Below are positions 12,101 to 23,600 of a stretch of DNA of 64,000 bases, piece after piece. Within the stretch, counting starts at the first letter, position 1, and every line of letters starts with the position of its first letter. The DNA comes from Perna viridis (taxonomy: Eukaryota). Below the pieces are notes generated by a model that saw nothing but the letters and a program-made list of their open reading frames with translations, ran no database searches and was not told the DNA's origin. The stretch lies in the NCBI GenBank assembly GCA_037379345.1, contig CM074513.1:60677195-60741194 (forward strand). The letters are read 5' to 3'. A program made the translations under genes and the position numbers.

Positions 12101-15100
12101 AGGAAGGCTTTTATCTGATGTAAAGCAGTTGTTATTGTTATTACTAACGAAAGACAGGACAATTTTGTACAATACTTATGTTATTTCTACATTTTTGTTT
12201 GATTATTTGAATAATGATTTTTTTTTCTGCAGGAAGCTGGTGACAGTCCTCTACATTCTGCTGTGAAGGAAGGAATGACTGCTGTAGTTCAGACCATGTG
12301 TGCGTATGGAGTTCTTCCTAATGTTGTTAATAAGGTATTCAAAGTATATATGTATATAAAAATGTTTTTAAAGTTTATGCTGTGTAGCTATCATAGGTAC
12401 ATGGATATAATGTCTACAACATATATTTTGTAAGTACCGTATTTTCCGGACTATAAGTCGATACTTTTTTTTAGCAAAGTAAACTGCAATCAACAAAAGC
12501 TGTCACTCAAACAGTCTAACCAGCGATTGAATTCAAATATTATTGATCATTGCCGGTATCATTTATGAATGATTACAACGATGTTAATAAAAACTTTGAA
12601 ACTGTTAAAATATATAAACAAACTCTAGAAGATATGTTAACAAAACTCTTTTTTAACTGGAAAGACATTTTCGAGTGTTCAGAGTTATCAGTCGTTTGAT
12701 ATGCAAATTTGTATGTTGTAACACATTTGCATGTGGCACAAGTTATAATCAGTTAAGGTGTTATCAAAATGGCTAATTGCAACCAAATTTACAGGTAACA
12801 ATTTTTTTTATTGAATTTCGAAATACCAGGTAATATTGTTTATTAATAACTGCTCGTTTATTATGACCTATTCATCAATTTCACACATAGGTGACCACAC
12901 TTGACATGTTTACGATTTCGTACACCTGATGATGTAATAGTATACAAAATAACATCACTGGAATAATATGCTGCTCAACTCGGATCGCCGCTGACACCTA
13001 CGATTTAAATGCACACGTCTGACCCTCAACTTATCTTGCAAATTCGCTTTACCAATGTTTTTTTTGTCAATTTTGGTCAATATTAGGCAAATTGACTTGT
13101 AGTCCGGAAAATATAGTATGAGTTGAGTGATAATGTCCAGTATTGTCAAGAAAGTATAAATAAGTTGATTAATTGTCCTGTGTTAACCTGTAAAGTCTCC
13201 TTCATTATTTTTGTACGGATATTTTATTCTCTTGATGACATCATAGGTTATAATCTTTAGACCATAATTCATTTTTGCAATAGAAACATGTTTGTGGGAA
13301 TATTCTTAAAAAATCAAAATATTAATGTTTGCCATTTTTAGGAGGGTTTAACCCCTTTACATATTGCCAGTAAAGATGGACTGTCAGAAATTGTGAGAGC
13401 TTTGTTATTAAGGGGAGCTAATCCAGATTTACATTACAAGGTATGTTGTGGTTGTCTTATCATTAATTCTGCACACCTTGAGTTCACTCTTAGTTTTAGT
13501 TAAGTTGTTATATTCTGATTTACACATGTCATGTCCATCTAAAGAATTCAGAATGAGTTAAAGACTGATACAATACAAAAAAACATGCTGATGATCATTT
13601 TAAATGACATGTATGTGGAAGGGTAAATAAGGATAATGCAATCTAGAAGACAAGATATTGTTTTTAAACAAAATTTTGATAATGCAATTTAGAAGACACA
13701 ATATTGTTTTATTAACAACAAATGTACAAAATTCACATTCAGTTTGTCTAGCTGTACATGTTTTTAAAAATATCCAAGATTTAATAAGGCTTCCATTTTT
13801 TGTTGCTATCCAATATCAACTTCCTGTACTAGTGGGGGGTATGCATAGTGTGCAACTTTATCTTGAGCTTGTCTGGCTATACATGTTTTAAAATAATTCC
13901 CAGAATTATGTATGCTTCCAATTATAGTTTTTATAATTATTTATAAGTCTAACATCTTATGTTGGTAGTAGAAATACTTTTTTTTTTTATAGTTTTCATA
14001 CATATGCTATATGAATATAATTTTGAGCACAGATGCACAGAAATGGGGACATTTTCTTTTCCATGTGATGCTGGGATGGGTGGGTACAAGTTTTAGAATG
14101 TATGTGCTTAATATATTGGTCAATTGAAAGAGTTATACCATTTGTGTTGCATCAGAACCCAGTAGACATCATAGCCTCAAAGAAGTTAAAAATAAACTTT
14201 TCCATCAAGTGAATTCATGAGGTTCATTAAACATTTAGATGAAACTTAATAAAGTATTTAATTCAACTGCTTGATCTCCTTTTGTCTTCTCCATAATGTC
14301 TATTCAAATATTTTTTATTGAACACCAGTATTAATTTATTTATTTTATCAGGATGGTGTTACAGCAGAAATAATGGCATTAGCTCAGGGCTACACTGATA
14401 TTGCAGAAATTCTCAACAAAGTCAAAGGGGTATATAAATGTGTTTTACTGTCATCTGTTGTATAAAAATATTCTTTAAGAATAAATTGATACTTCACATG
14501 TATCAAATAATCTGCTGAAACAAAATACACATACTGGTAAATACATGTATGATTTCGGTTGGTCAAAACCACTTTAATAAGAAACTTATTATATGTTTAC
14601 AGGTCATTTTATTTACCTTATTTTATTGGTAAAAAATAAACTTTGTTCGGGTTGATAAATATCACTGGTTAATTGATGGACAAAGCTTTTAATGTATAAA
14701 ATGTTGTAAAAGGAATGTTACTATTGATTTGCTGACTTTGTAGGACAAGGGAGAAATCTATGTGAGTCAGTTAATTCCTCAGAACCAGCCATTGTCGAGA
14801 ATTAAGTTGAAATTGTTTGGTGCTAGTGGCGTAGGAAAGACAACATTTATAGAGTCCATGAAATGTGGCATGTTTTCTGGTTTCTTCAGAAGAAGACTAA
14901 CAAGTCAATCTTCTACTTCTATAACCAGAGGTAAAATCTTTTTCTATTAGATATATATACTTGTGCTTCTGGTTGCTTTTTTTTCTTCTGTTCAAAAATT
15001 TCCATACCAATAAATAAAAAAACATGTTGCGCTAACATGGTGACTTGATATATGTGTGATACTTCTATAACATGTACAACCATGACCCTTAAAAAGAACT

Positions 15101-18100
15101 TTCAAATAAAATATAAATTTGTTGAGGAAAAACTGAAGATGCAGATTTATTTTATTCTATTTTTTTTTTATGAAAAAACATGTTTGGTTATTTGTTAACA
15201 TCAGATTTCTCTGCAAATTCAAACTAGCCTTGTCTGTTATCTATGACAATTATGAATTTCAATGATTAACACATATGTCTTTTGTTGCAGAATATGAAAA
15301 TAATGAAAAGCCTTCTAAGTCCTTTATGATGACATTTTTGTGAACTTTACAATTTCAATCAAGTTTTAGTATTTATGAATAGTTTGCATTTCAGAGCTTA
15401 CTTGATGACCTGTGTACATGTGTTGAAGACCTTTAAGTGATACCAAAAGTATTTACTATTTTGATTTAGGATATATGTTGTTGTGTACCTTCATACCCAT
15501 TCTTTTTTCCTTCATTGTATGCTTTATTTGACAGGTCGTGATGGTAAACTAACCAGACAATACAGTCTGCCTATACCTCTGACCTACAGTGTTAATAATC
15601 CTACCTACACCAAGGGTATCAGTGTCCAGCAGGCACAAATAACAGGTTTGTTGTTTATGGTGTCAACAGTATTTTATTATTTTTTTATCTAAATTTATTT
15701 CAAGTAGTTTACTGATAATGAGGCTCTAAGAAAAAAAATTTCTTTTCAGTTTTGAGATAACAGGTGGTCAGTCTAATTTAAATTATCCTTCTGTCAGAAT
15801 TATCTCCCAGTGATGCATTGTTAACAATAAAACTTGAAATGTTAAACAGAATCCTTTTAGTCTAGAAAAATATTTCAAAAACCTATATGTAAGGGTTATC
15901 TGCACTGTATCATTGTTAAATTATGTTTTTACTGATTCTAACTGACTCTCTTGTTAATAAATTAAGTATTAATTAAGTCTATTATATTTCGTCCTACTTC
16001 CTGACAATACTTTTTATCTTGGCATTTGCATAAAGACCTTGTTTTACTTAAATTTAATTATATGTTTTCTATAAATTCTGTTGGTTAACATACAGACAAC
16101 TGTGTGATCAATTGAATTAATAAGTTCTTCACTAAGGTACTCTATTCCATGTTTTCTAGTATGCCAGTGGCATTTTATATAGTTCTTCGCAAAGTTCAAG
16201 ATTTATGAATCTCGCGTAACTTTATGTGCACTTCATTGCTTTTTGTCTTGGCATAAGCATGAAGACATTGTTTTACTTAGACATATTTTGATATATTTTT
16301 ACTAATTCCTGTTGGACATGATTTTTTTATTGATATTTTGGTTTGAGTAAACAAGGTGTGCTTATCAGTTGCTTTTGGATTTTGAACTAGCTTACATAAA
16401 ATGTGAGTACTCCTTCTAGGTAGATACAGCTTTTTGTCCTGTTAATTATTAAAATAATATCGATCTCAAGAGTTAAATCCAAAGTCTACAGATTTTTATA
16501 GTTTGTTTTTTGTTGTATTTTCCAACCACTGTTCCAGATTAGGGGAGGATTGGACACTCATGAACATGTTAAACCCCAACACATGCTTTATGTGCCTGTC
16601 CCAAGCACCCATAGTCCAGTTATTGTTGTTAATGTTTAATGTTCATTGTTATTCCTTTTATGTTTTTTTTTTCAGTTTTCGTCTTTTATTAATAGTTTCA
16701 CTTCACTTATTGTGGAGCCTTTTACAGCTTGCTTTATGGTTTGGATTTTGCCCATCATTGATGACCATGTGGCAACTTGTAGAAGTTCAATTGTTCAATG
16801 TTTGGCTCTTGGTGGATGACTGTGTCATTGGCAATCATACCACATCTCTTATTTTTATAATGTCTGTCCATCTGCTTTAACATGTTGAATCCCTTAAACA
16901 ATAAACTTCAAACTTCACACATATTATTGTTATAATAGTATAACAGTCTGTACTTTTTGAAGAAAATTTGATTCTTAGTTTCAGGGTTATGGGACTTTTT
17001 CTTATTATATATTTTTTCACATTTTACACTTCAACCTGTATTGCTCCTCACATATCTCACATGGTACAAAAATCCCTGTATTGGCCCTCACACATCTCAC
17101 ATGCTACATGGATAACAGCATACCTGATTATATGTGATATAAAAACTCCATTTCTTTCCATCATAGGGACTAGTATATCATGTGCTTATATTGCAGCTGT
17201 TTATTAGTGATGTTATTTCCCACTGGTTGTAAGTAGATAATACTTGGTACATAGCTTTGGCATGTTGAATTATAAGTCTCTCCTATTTTCAGTTATGTCT
17301 GGTAACAAACTCTTGATCGAAGGGAGTAGGACTATTGAGCAGAAAAATCTTTTTTTTCTCCTATTACTGGGCAGGGTGAGTATTTAAAATCATAATTGGG
17401 TTTTATTTTGCAGGTGTTGGAGATTTGAGTATTTGGGATTTTTCGGGATATGAACCATACTATATGTTGTATGACCATTTTATGGGAGACACAAACTGTA
17501 TCAATGTTGTCATGTTTAACCTCTGTGATGAAATGGCAGAGCAGGTGGCTCAGGTTATTTTTTGGATTGGTTTTATCAAAGGCAGAATTTCACCACAGTT
17601 ACCTTTAGGTAAGTTCAGAAAGTGATAGTGTTCCCTTGTATGACTGTGGTATAAACAACATGGTGATAAATTAATAAAATAATCCCACCAACCCCCTTCC
17701 CCCTACCAAAAAAAAATAAAAAAGAAAAATCAGTAGCATTTTGTTATCCAGTCTCATTTACATGTAATTTAATGTTAGATGAAGTATTTGAAGATGACAT
17801 AATAATGAAATTAAATTGACATGTCAATATATAAGAATGAGCTAGTACTAGAAAAAAATGTTTTTATAAATATTAAAAGCTACATGATCTAATTAGCATA
17901 AAGCATAAAGTATATATCCCAGAAAGTTGTATTTCAGATTATTTTAGAACAGAATGTTTTTTTCCTGGAGGTACATTTATTTCAACACTAGCAGTGCTTT
18001 TTTAGTCTATTTTAAACATTTTGACAGATTATTTAGAGAAGTTAAATTGTCAGTAGTTTATAAGTTAAAACCTGTGTTTAACACTAAAGGTTTCAGAATG

Positions 18101-20643
18101 AAACAATAAACAGCTGGAAATAAATAACAATCATCAATTATTTTTTTTAGAGATTTAGGATCACAATATTATCTTATTTCATAGTAAAAAATCTGTGTTT
18201 CTTAGGTTACTGTGGTAAACTCCCGGTGAGACCAAAGGTCGTACTCATAGCAACTCATGCTGACAAGGTGAAATGCCCTAAAAACTCTAGAGGAGAGCAT
18301 GTTGCTACAGATAACATATACACAGTATACAACAGAGCTAGAGAAATGTTTGGTTCTGACATAGAGCTGGTGGATAGGATCTTCATCATTGATGCTCATA
18401 TCGCCTCATCTCATGACATGAAAGCTGTCAAACATCAACTTTATGAAATTAAATCTCACATATCAAAGGTACCAGTATTTATATTTTACAGTATACAGAT
18501 CCAGATACTCGTTTGAATTTTAATTGAACATGTGTCCTAATGTTTTTTTTTTATATGCACTTAAGTTTAGGTAAGACATTTAGATGAAAATTTTAAAATC
18601 AAATATGTATATAATTTTAAAAATCATATTAAAAACAATTTTTGAAAATATATATACCAATTTATTATATTTTATAGGTTCTTCCAAAGTCCACTAAATT
18701 TTTTGAATCCATGGTAACACAGCTTACCTCTTGGAGACGATCATCTTCTTCATTTCCTGTGTTGTCATGGCAACAGTTTGTTGACCATGTAAGATCTAAA
18801 GTGAATCCATTAGCTGGGGATGATCATATGAAACTTCTGGTCCAACAACTTCAATTGTCAGGAGAGGTATGTATGTATTCAGAATGTCCTGACACACTCC
18901 AGCTTTTGATACAAATATTTTTTTGAAAATGAAATATAGCCTAATGAAATAATTAACATACAATATCTAGTTAGTATTACTTCATAAGGATAACAACAAA
19001 ACTACCGAACACTAATCTGATCCATGATGAGGTCAAGTTCAAATTGAATCTTGCAAAATAGATATTACACCATCAGAGCAACTGGTACTGCAATGACCTG
19101 AAACCTGACAAGTTAGATACTGAATGTTTGAAACTATTCTTGAACTATTGACCTTATGTAGTAAGGTAAAGGTATTGGGGTATGTCTATTGACCTTATGT
19201 AGTAAGGTAAAGGTATTGGGGTATGTCTATTGGACTTAAAATTTATCCAATCTCAACTTCAGTGATTATGAGCATCTGTTCCAGTGTGTAGCTGATTTAG
19301 CTTTTAATTAGTCAATAATTATTATATGAAAACTAAGCAGTTAAAGCAGTATTTTACCTTTTATTAACTTAATAACACTTATTTTATTGATATGTATAGA
19401 GAATGTGTAATTTCAGGTGGTGTACTTAGAAAGTGACACAGGCCAAGATCTAGTGATTCTGAATCCAAACTGGTTATGTAGTGACATTATAGGACACTTG
19501 ATTTCTCATGATAAGATCATACAGTCACGGATCACTGGATGTTTTACAGTCGATGATTTTCAGCTGATGTATCCAGAGACTGATGCTCTAGACCTTCTAC
19601 AAGTCCTGGAAACTTTAGAGGTCTCTACACAGTGTGATTCTGAAGGTGAAATAGAATATGAATTTCCATGTTTAAACTTTGTAGAAACATTGAATGGTCT
19701 GTGGCAGAGAGATCTAAAAAGATTTGGTGATGGTGTGTATGGTGGTGTTAGGATACAGTCTGGACCATTCTATGTAGAACAGTTAGTCCATCTATTCCCT
19801 AGAATCCAAGTCCTTCTAAGAAGGACTGTACTACATGAGACTGAAGACCCTGAAGCTGAGCTCTATCAGTGGCACTATGGGTCTAAATATTGTTGTGGTG
19901 ACTTGGAGGGTATTATAATGATGGATCCTCTGTATGATTGTATAGAAATCAAAGTACGAGGACCTAATGATAAGCAAACACAACTGTTTTATTTTCTGGA
20001 GGATTTCATTAATGTTGTAGAACAAGTGATCCTTAATGTATGTCCTGGTATTTGTACAGAACGACATGTACTCAGTAGCTTAGAACTTAAGGAACATCAT
20101 AAAAATATTAGAGCATATTCACCAAAGGAAATGCTTAAAATGCAGCTACAAAAGAAAACATGTTTGACTCTGTGTGATTCTAAAACTGAGGAGTTTTCAG
20201 ACATTGTTTGTATGGGTTCACATGAAATTGTTCAGAATATTTGTCTTGGTGTTGATCTCCCAGTGTCTCATTTGACAATACACACTCGGCAGCGACTGTC
20301 TCAGGTTCTAGATCCTCCAGATAAGATGGGAAGAGACTGGTGTTTACTGGCAGTATCATTAGGTCTAGAACATTTACTTCCTATCTTAGATAAAGTGGAT
20401 GGTAGTATTGAGAGTAAAACGGACAGGGTTTTAGTGGAGTGGTCTAAAGTGTGTTCTAATCCTACCATTGGACAGTTAATCCTAAAACTACGGGAACTTC
20501 ATAGAGAGGATGCTATTGAAGTCATCCTACAATCAGCTCCTATATTTAAAGTGGTTGTTTATGAAGACCACAGTACAGATGACAGTCAGATTGCTGGACT
20601 AAACACTGACTCAACTAACACTTTGTCTAATCTGTCCAGATGA
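6022..20643 (+). CDS. DAPK1: Death-associated protein kinase 1 (ankyrin-ROC-COR-death domain portion), spliced from 16 exons; kinase exons not in window
   Basis: Phase-consistent GT-AG exon chain totalling 3165 nt (1054 aa + stop). Contains ankyrin repeats, P-loop GASGVGKT, WDFSG (G3), ATHAD (G4), the death domain motif LDPPDKMGRDWCLLAVSLGL and a Ser/Thr-rich tail ending SR. This architecture is diagnostic of DAPK1. Confidence 0.95.
6240..7295. repeat. Minisatellite, ~61-bp unit (AGTGAAGATCTTCCCATCATGCATGTGATGTCTAGAAATTCTC..)
   Basis: About 17 tandem copies. Confidence 0.95.
8696..8794 (+). CDS. DAPK1: DAPK1 ankyrin exon HGETALHMAASGGHTEIIKYLQSKGADVGVRDK
   Basis: 99 nt, phase 0/0, ankyrin consensus. 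Confidence 0.95.
9043..9141 (+). CDS. DAPK1: DAPK1 ankyrin exon NGDSCIYWAARQGHMEVVSYLREENVSLDTQNR
   Basis: 99 nt, tttgcag acceptor and gtaact donor. Confidence 0.93.
10243..10341 (+). CDS. DAPK1: DAPK1 ankyrin exon SGESALHVAARYGHAAITTYLVTEGANLNLQDT
   Basis: 99 nt, tag acceptor and gtaagt donor. Confidence 0.93.
10585..10683 (+). CDS. DAPK1: DAPK1 ankyrin exon LGDTALHSAAWHGFNQIVASLSSGGANLDIQNK
   Basis: 99 nt, cag acceptor and gtatta donor. Confidence 0.93.
11096..11194 (+). CDS. DAPK1: DAPK1 ankyrin exon DGETALHCAAARGFLDSVKTLLDCGSPINQVDK
   Basis: 99 nt, tttag acceptor and gtaaat donor. Confidence 0.93.
11660..11758 (+). CDS. DAPK1: DAPK1 ankyrin exon RGCTALHLACSRRHSNIAMLLLHAGCLMDTQDK
   Basis: 99 nt, ttttacag acceptor and gtctac donor. 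Confidence 0.92.
12233..12334 (+). CDS. DAPK1: DAPK1 ankyrin exon EAGDSPLHSAVKEGMTAVVQTMCAYGVLPNVVNK
   Basis: 102 nt, ctgcag acceptor and gtattc donor. Confidence 0.92.
12437..13116. mobile_element. Non-autonomous Tc1/mariner (pogo-like) MITE, about 680 bp
   Basis: TA|CCGTATTTTCCGGACTATAAGTCGA ... TTGACTTGTAGTCCGGAAAATATAG|TA: ~25-bp imperfect TIRs with a TA target-site duplication and no transposase ORF. Confidence 0.85.
13342..13440 (+). CDS. DAPK1: DAPK1 ankyrin exon EGLTPLHIASKDGLSEIVRALLLRGANPDLHYK
   Basis: 99 nt, tttttag acceptor and gtatgt donor. Confidence 0.93.
14352..14429 (+). CDS. DAPK1: DAPK1 exon DGVTAEIMALAQGYTDIAEILNKVKG (last ankyrin cap)
   Basis: 78 nt, cag acceptor and gtatat donor. 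Confidence 0.9.
14744..14930 (+). CDS. DAPK1: DAPK1 exon, start of ROC domain with P-loop (RIKLKLFGASGVGKTTFIES)
   Basis: 187 nt, phase 0/1, G1 motif. Confidence 0.95.
15535..15645 (+). CDS. DAPK1: DAPK1 ROC exon (..NNPTYTKGISVQQAQIT)
   Basis: 111 nt, phase 1/1, contains switch I-like T-x-G-I. Confidence 0.9.
16525..16860 (+). mobile_element. SINE-like dispersed repeat fragment (resembles molluscan Nin-domain SINEs, from recall)
   Basis: ccagattaggggagg..ttaaacccc..gtgcctgtcccaag core and a tcattggcaatcataccacatctcttattttta tail. A related core occurs at 34580-34660. Confidence 0.45.
17414..17608 (+). CDS. DAPK1: DAPK1 ROC exon (GVGDLSIWDFSGYEPYY..)
   Basis: 195 nt, phase 1/1, G3 motif DFSG. 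Confidence 0.95.
18206..18468 (+). CDS. DAPK1: DAPK1 ROC exon (VVLIATHAD..IIDAH), copy 1
   Basis: 263 nt, phase 1/0, G4/G5 motifs. Confidence 0.95.
18678..18866 (+). CDS. DAPK1: DAPK1 COR exon (VLPKST..LQLSGE), copy 1
   Basis: 189 nt, phase 0/0. Confidence 0.95.
19417..20643 (+). CDS. DAPK1: DAPK1 terminal exon: COR plus death domain plus Ser-rich tail, copy 1
   Basis: tttcag acceptor, 408 codons to TGA, death domain motif. Confidence 0.96.
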   Translation: MVYLESDTGQDLVILNPNWLCSDIIGHLISHDKIIQSRITGCFTVDDFQLMYPETDALDLLQVLETLEVSTQCDSEGEIEYEFPCLNFVETLNGLWQRDLKRFGDGVYGGVRIQSGPFYVEQLVHLFPRIQVLLRRTVLHETEDPEAELYQWHYGSKYCCGDLEGIIMMDPLYDCIEIKVRGPNDKQTQLFYFLEDFINVVEQVILNVCPGICTERHVLSSLELKEHHKNIRAYSPKEMLKMQLQKKTCLTLCDSKTEEFSDIVCMGSHEIVQNICLGVDLPVSHLTIHTRQRLSQVLDPPDKMGRDWCLLAVSLGLEHLLPILDKVDGSIESKTDRVLVEWSKVCSNPTIGQLILKLRELHREDAIEVILQSAPIFKVVVYEDHSTDDSQIAGLNTDSTNTLSNLSR

Positions 20644-23600
20644 CTAGGCAGACTTTCTTAGATGTTAATATTCAGTCATAAAAGACATGATAAATACCAA
20701 TCAAACATAAATTCTATGTTCCTGGTGATATTAATAGCCTTGCTATCATATGGCAAATTATTTTGTATAATCATAGTTAATTCTTGATTTAATTGTTGAA
20801 GCTTATTTGAATTTTTTACAAGAAGCATCAACAACTTTTCCATTCACATTCAAATTGTATTTCATTAATGTGATTGCAGATTTATTTTTATCTTTAAAAT
20901 GTTTTAAATGAAAATTTACATTTTTATTTCAAGCAATCTTTTTTATACTTTGTCTACTTATTTCTTTTTCTATAAATATAGATGTATCAGAAAACCTTCC
21001 TATATTTATTTAAGAAAGCCATGAAGTTGTGTTATGTTTTCATCAATGATTTGTTAGATTTATAATTCATTTTTGTTGCTGAACATAATAACTGCTGAGA
21101 CTTCCATGCAATGATAATGACAATACTCACTATTGTCTGTTGGGAGTCAACTTATTAACAATTTCTGATGTAATTTTGCAATAACAACAATCTTATTCTT
21201 ATGTTTTTAATAACTTAATTAAGACTATTATAATTTTAGTTTTAGCTTGCTACATAAAAATCTACTTTAGAATGAATTTGCAAATAGGAAAGTAGATGTA
21301 AAGTTATTTAAAGGAATGTGCCCTTTAAAACTGTAAAATTTGGTGCACTTTGTTGTGCACACTATGTTGTTTTTTTCAAACCCTTATTTTTCGTTATATT
21401 GTTTGGTGGTTAAAGCTTACTATATAAGGTTCTTATGTCAGGCATTTCTTTACTAAGTTGAGTAACTGATTTCAGTTTATTAATCTATTGAAAATATTTT
21501 TGGAAATATCCTTTAGTTGTTTTCTGCTAATCTGATGCTACTTCAGAACAAACATGATTAAAATGTGATTATGATTTAATCATTGGAAGTATTTATAGTT
21601 GTGTGATCAGTTATAATACTTTAATTTTTTTTATGATTTCTGAGCAGGAAAATCCTATTGTGAGCTTTTCTCACAGCTTTTATATGGCTGCAAAAAAAAG
21701 CAGTCCTATTATGTTATGATCCTGTCATTGTCGGCATTGTTGGTATTTTTTAAATTACTATGCGATAGTTGAAGTTTACCAAATGTCATTAAATTTTGAT
21801 GTATTGTTACTTGCTGTGGTTTTTATTTGACATGAGGTAACTAGCTAACAAATTTTGATTTTTTTCATTCCTTCTGGAAGTCTTTCCCTGCATTTTCAAT
21901 CAGTATTTGAATATTGCTCTTCTTTTTGGAGTAAGAAGAGGTCATAGGGAACAAAAACAATTTTAGGAAGACTATTTCAACAAATTTTCATCAGATTTTA
22001 ATGAATTTTTGGGGGAAAAATTTCTCCTCTTTACAAGGGGTTTAAGCAGTATGCTAGCAAATTTACTTTATCATTAAATGTTTTTGGGGTTCAAAGTGAT
22101 CCATGAAAGCATCCTGACAGTAGGACATTTATCTTAAATTGAATTTCAAAATATTGTGCTAATATTGTTTTTCAAACCAATTGTGTCCTCAATTAACTCC
22201 CTATATGTTCAAGTGTGTCAAAAACTGATATTGTGTTCTCACTTGGCCCAAGTGAATGTAGTTCAACTGGCTGTGGTCATATCATGCTGTGCTCAGCAAA
22301 ACATTTTTTACTCTAGTTTCAGTTACAATCAGATTGTCTGCTTAACATTAGTTTCTTAACAACATAAATTATACATGTGGTGATTCAGCAGTTTTGTGTA
22401 TCATAGTGCAAAAATGTGACATATAATCTGAAATCTGTAAAGTACTATAAAGAAAACTAAAACTGTATTCATAAAAAGAATACATGTTAACCATGCCTTA
22501 TCAGTGGTATTGTCCATATATGTGTTATTGCTAACCCAATCAATCTTATTGTGGGTACATCTTATGGCTCAACATACCCCATTGGTATTATCTTTGGAAG
22601 AGTACCTGATGAGATCTGTGTAACTAATTGTGATCTATCATGGATCACCGATCAGTTTCCTATCAATCTTTGACCCATTCAACCCACATCCATTTCCTAT
22701 CATGTGACTGATGAATGGTAAATATATTTTACTGATTAATTTAATTACATTTAAATTTTTTTTTATTGAAATAGTGTGGATTTAATGGCATTATATTAGG
22801 TTCATGGCAATAAAAAATCTGTAATTTTCATGTATGAATCATCTGTCATTTTACATGATCAGATTGATTATCGATCTTGCAGTGGTCATTGATCCGTCAA
22901 ATAGTTCCAGAGATCAGTTAAGGGACTATATGGGTAACTACATCCCATTAGTGGTTAATATGTATGCTTGATTTAAATCTTGACATCTTTCAGAATGTCA
23001 ATATGAAACCAAGTAATAGTTCAGTAAATGGAACTTTCTTCCTAGCATTGTTTTCTTTAATTAGACAATGATATAAATCAGTGATGATATTATCATTCTA
23101 CCTCCTTTCTATTCTAATAATGGTAGGTAGTGCTGAATCTTTGTATTGTTTAATTGTTAAGTACTTTATGCTTCTGGAATGTGGGAAAGTTATATACCAA
23201 AGGCATTATAATGTATATATCTAATAACCAAATGCATAATTTACCTACATCTGACTAAAAGTCTTTCAGCTTTAGTTCTAGCATTGTATTTTAAGGTATA
23301 TGATTTTATAAGATTTTAAGTTATTTCATAATAAAAAAAGAAGATGTTTTGTTATTGTTTCTGTCATAATTGAGTAGAACCATGTTTTCCTCAGCTTTTA
23401 TTATTATTGTAAATAGTATTTCTTATTTCATTTACTGTCCCAGTTTACTTTTATGTTTTTTGAGTCTATAAGAGCAACTATTTTGTTGTACCTGTGTGTT
23501 ATGTTGCTTTGGGGACATTTGCAGTCTGCCTGGTCGCCTGAGGGTTTCTCGTTCATTAAAGACTAATGAGTGGCCTTGACCTGACAATTTTCTTCCTAAT

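Noticed and set aside
12955-13149. ORF within the MITE as a transposase remnant
   Set aside because: Short, no DDE/D or HTH similarity visible, and it crosses the element boundary.
15291-15340. Extra DAPK exon after the ttgttgcag acceptor-like site
   Set aside because: There is no convincing donor, and the flanking exons already join in phase.
16503-17207. Hydrophobic ORFs 16503-16880 and 16968-17207 as membrane proteins
   Set aside because: T-rich intronic/SINE sequence with non-ATG starts. The hydrophobicity reflects base composition.
19831-20067. Antisense ORFs over DAPK exons (also 18202-18399, 25596-25793, 27224-27460)
   Set aside because: Shadow ORFs of the real coding strand, with no recognisable motifs.
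14744-20643. LRRK/MFHAS1-type Roco protein assignment
   Set aside because: There are no LRRs and no kinase after COR. Ankyrins before ROC and a C-terminal death domain identify DAPK1.
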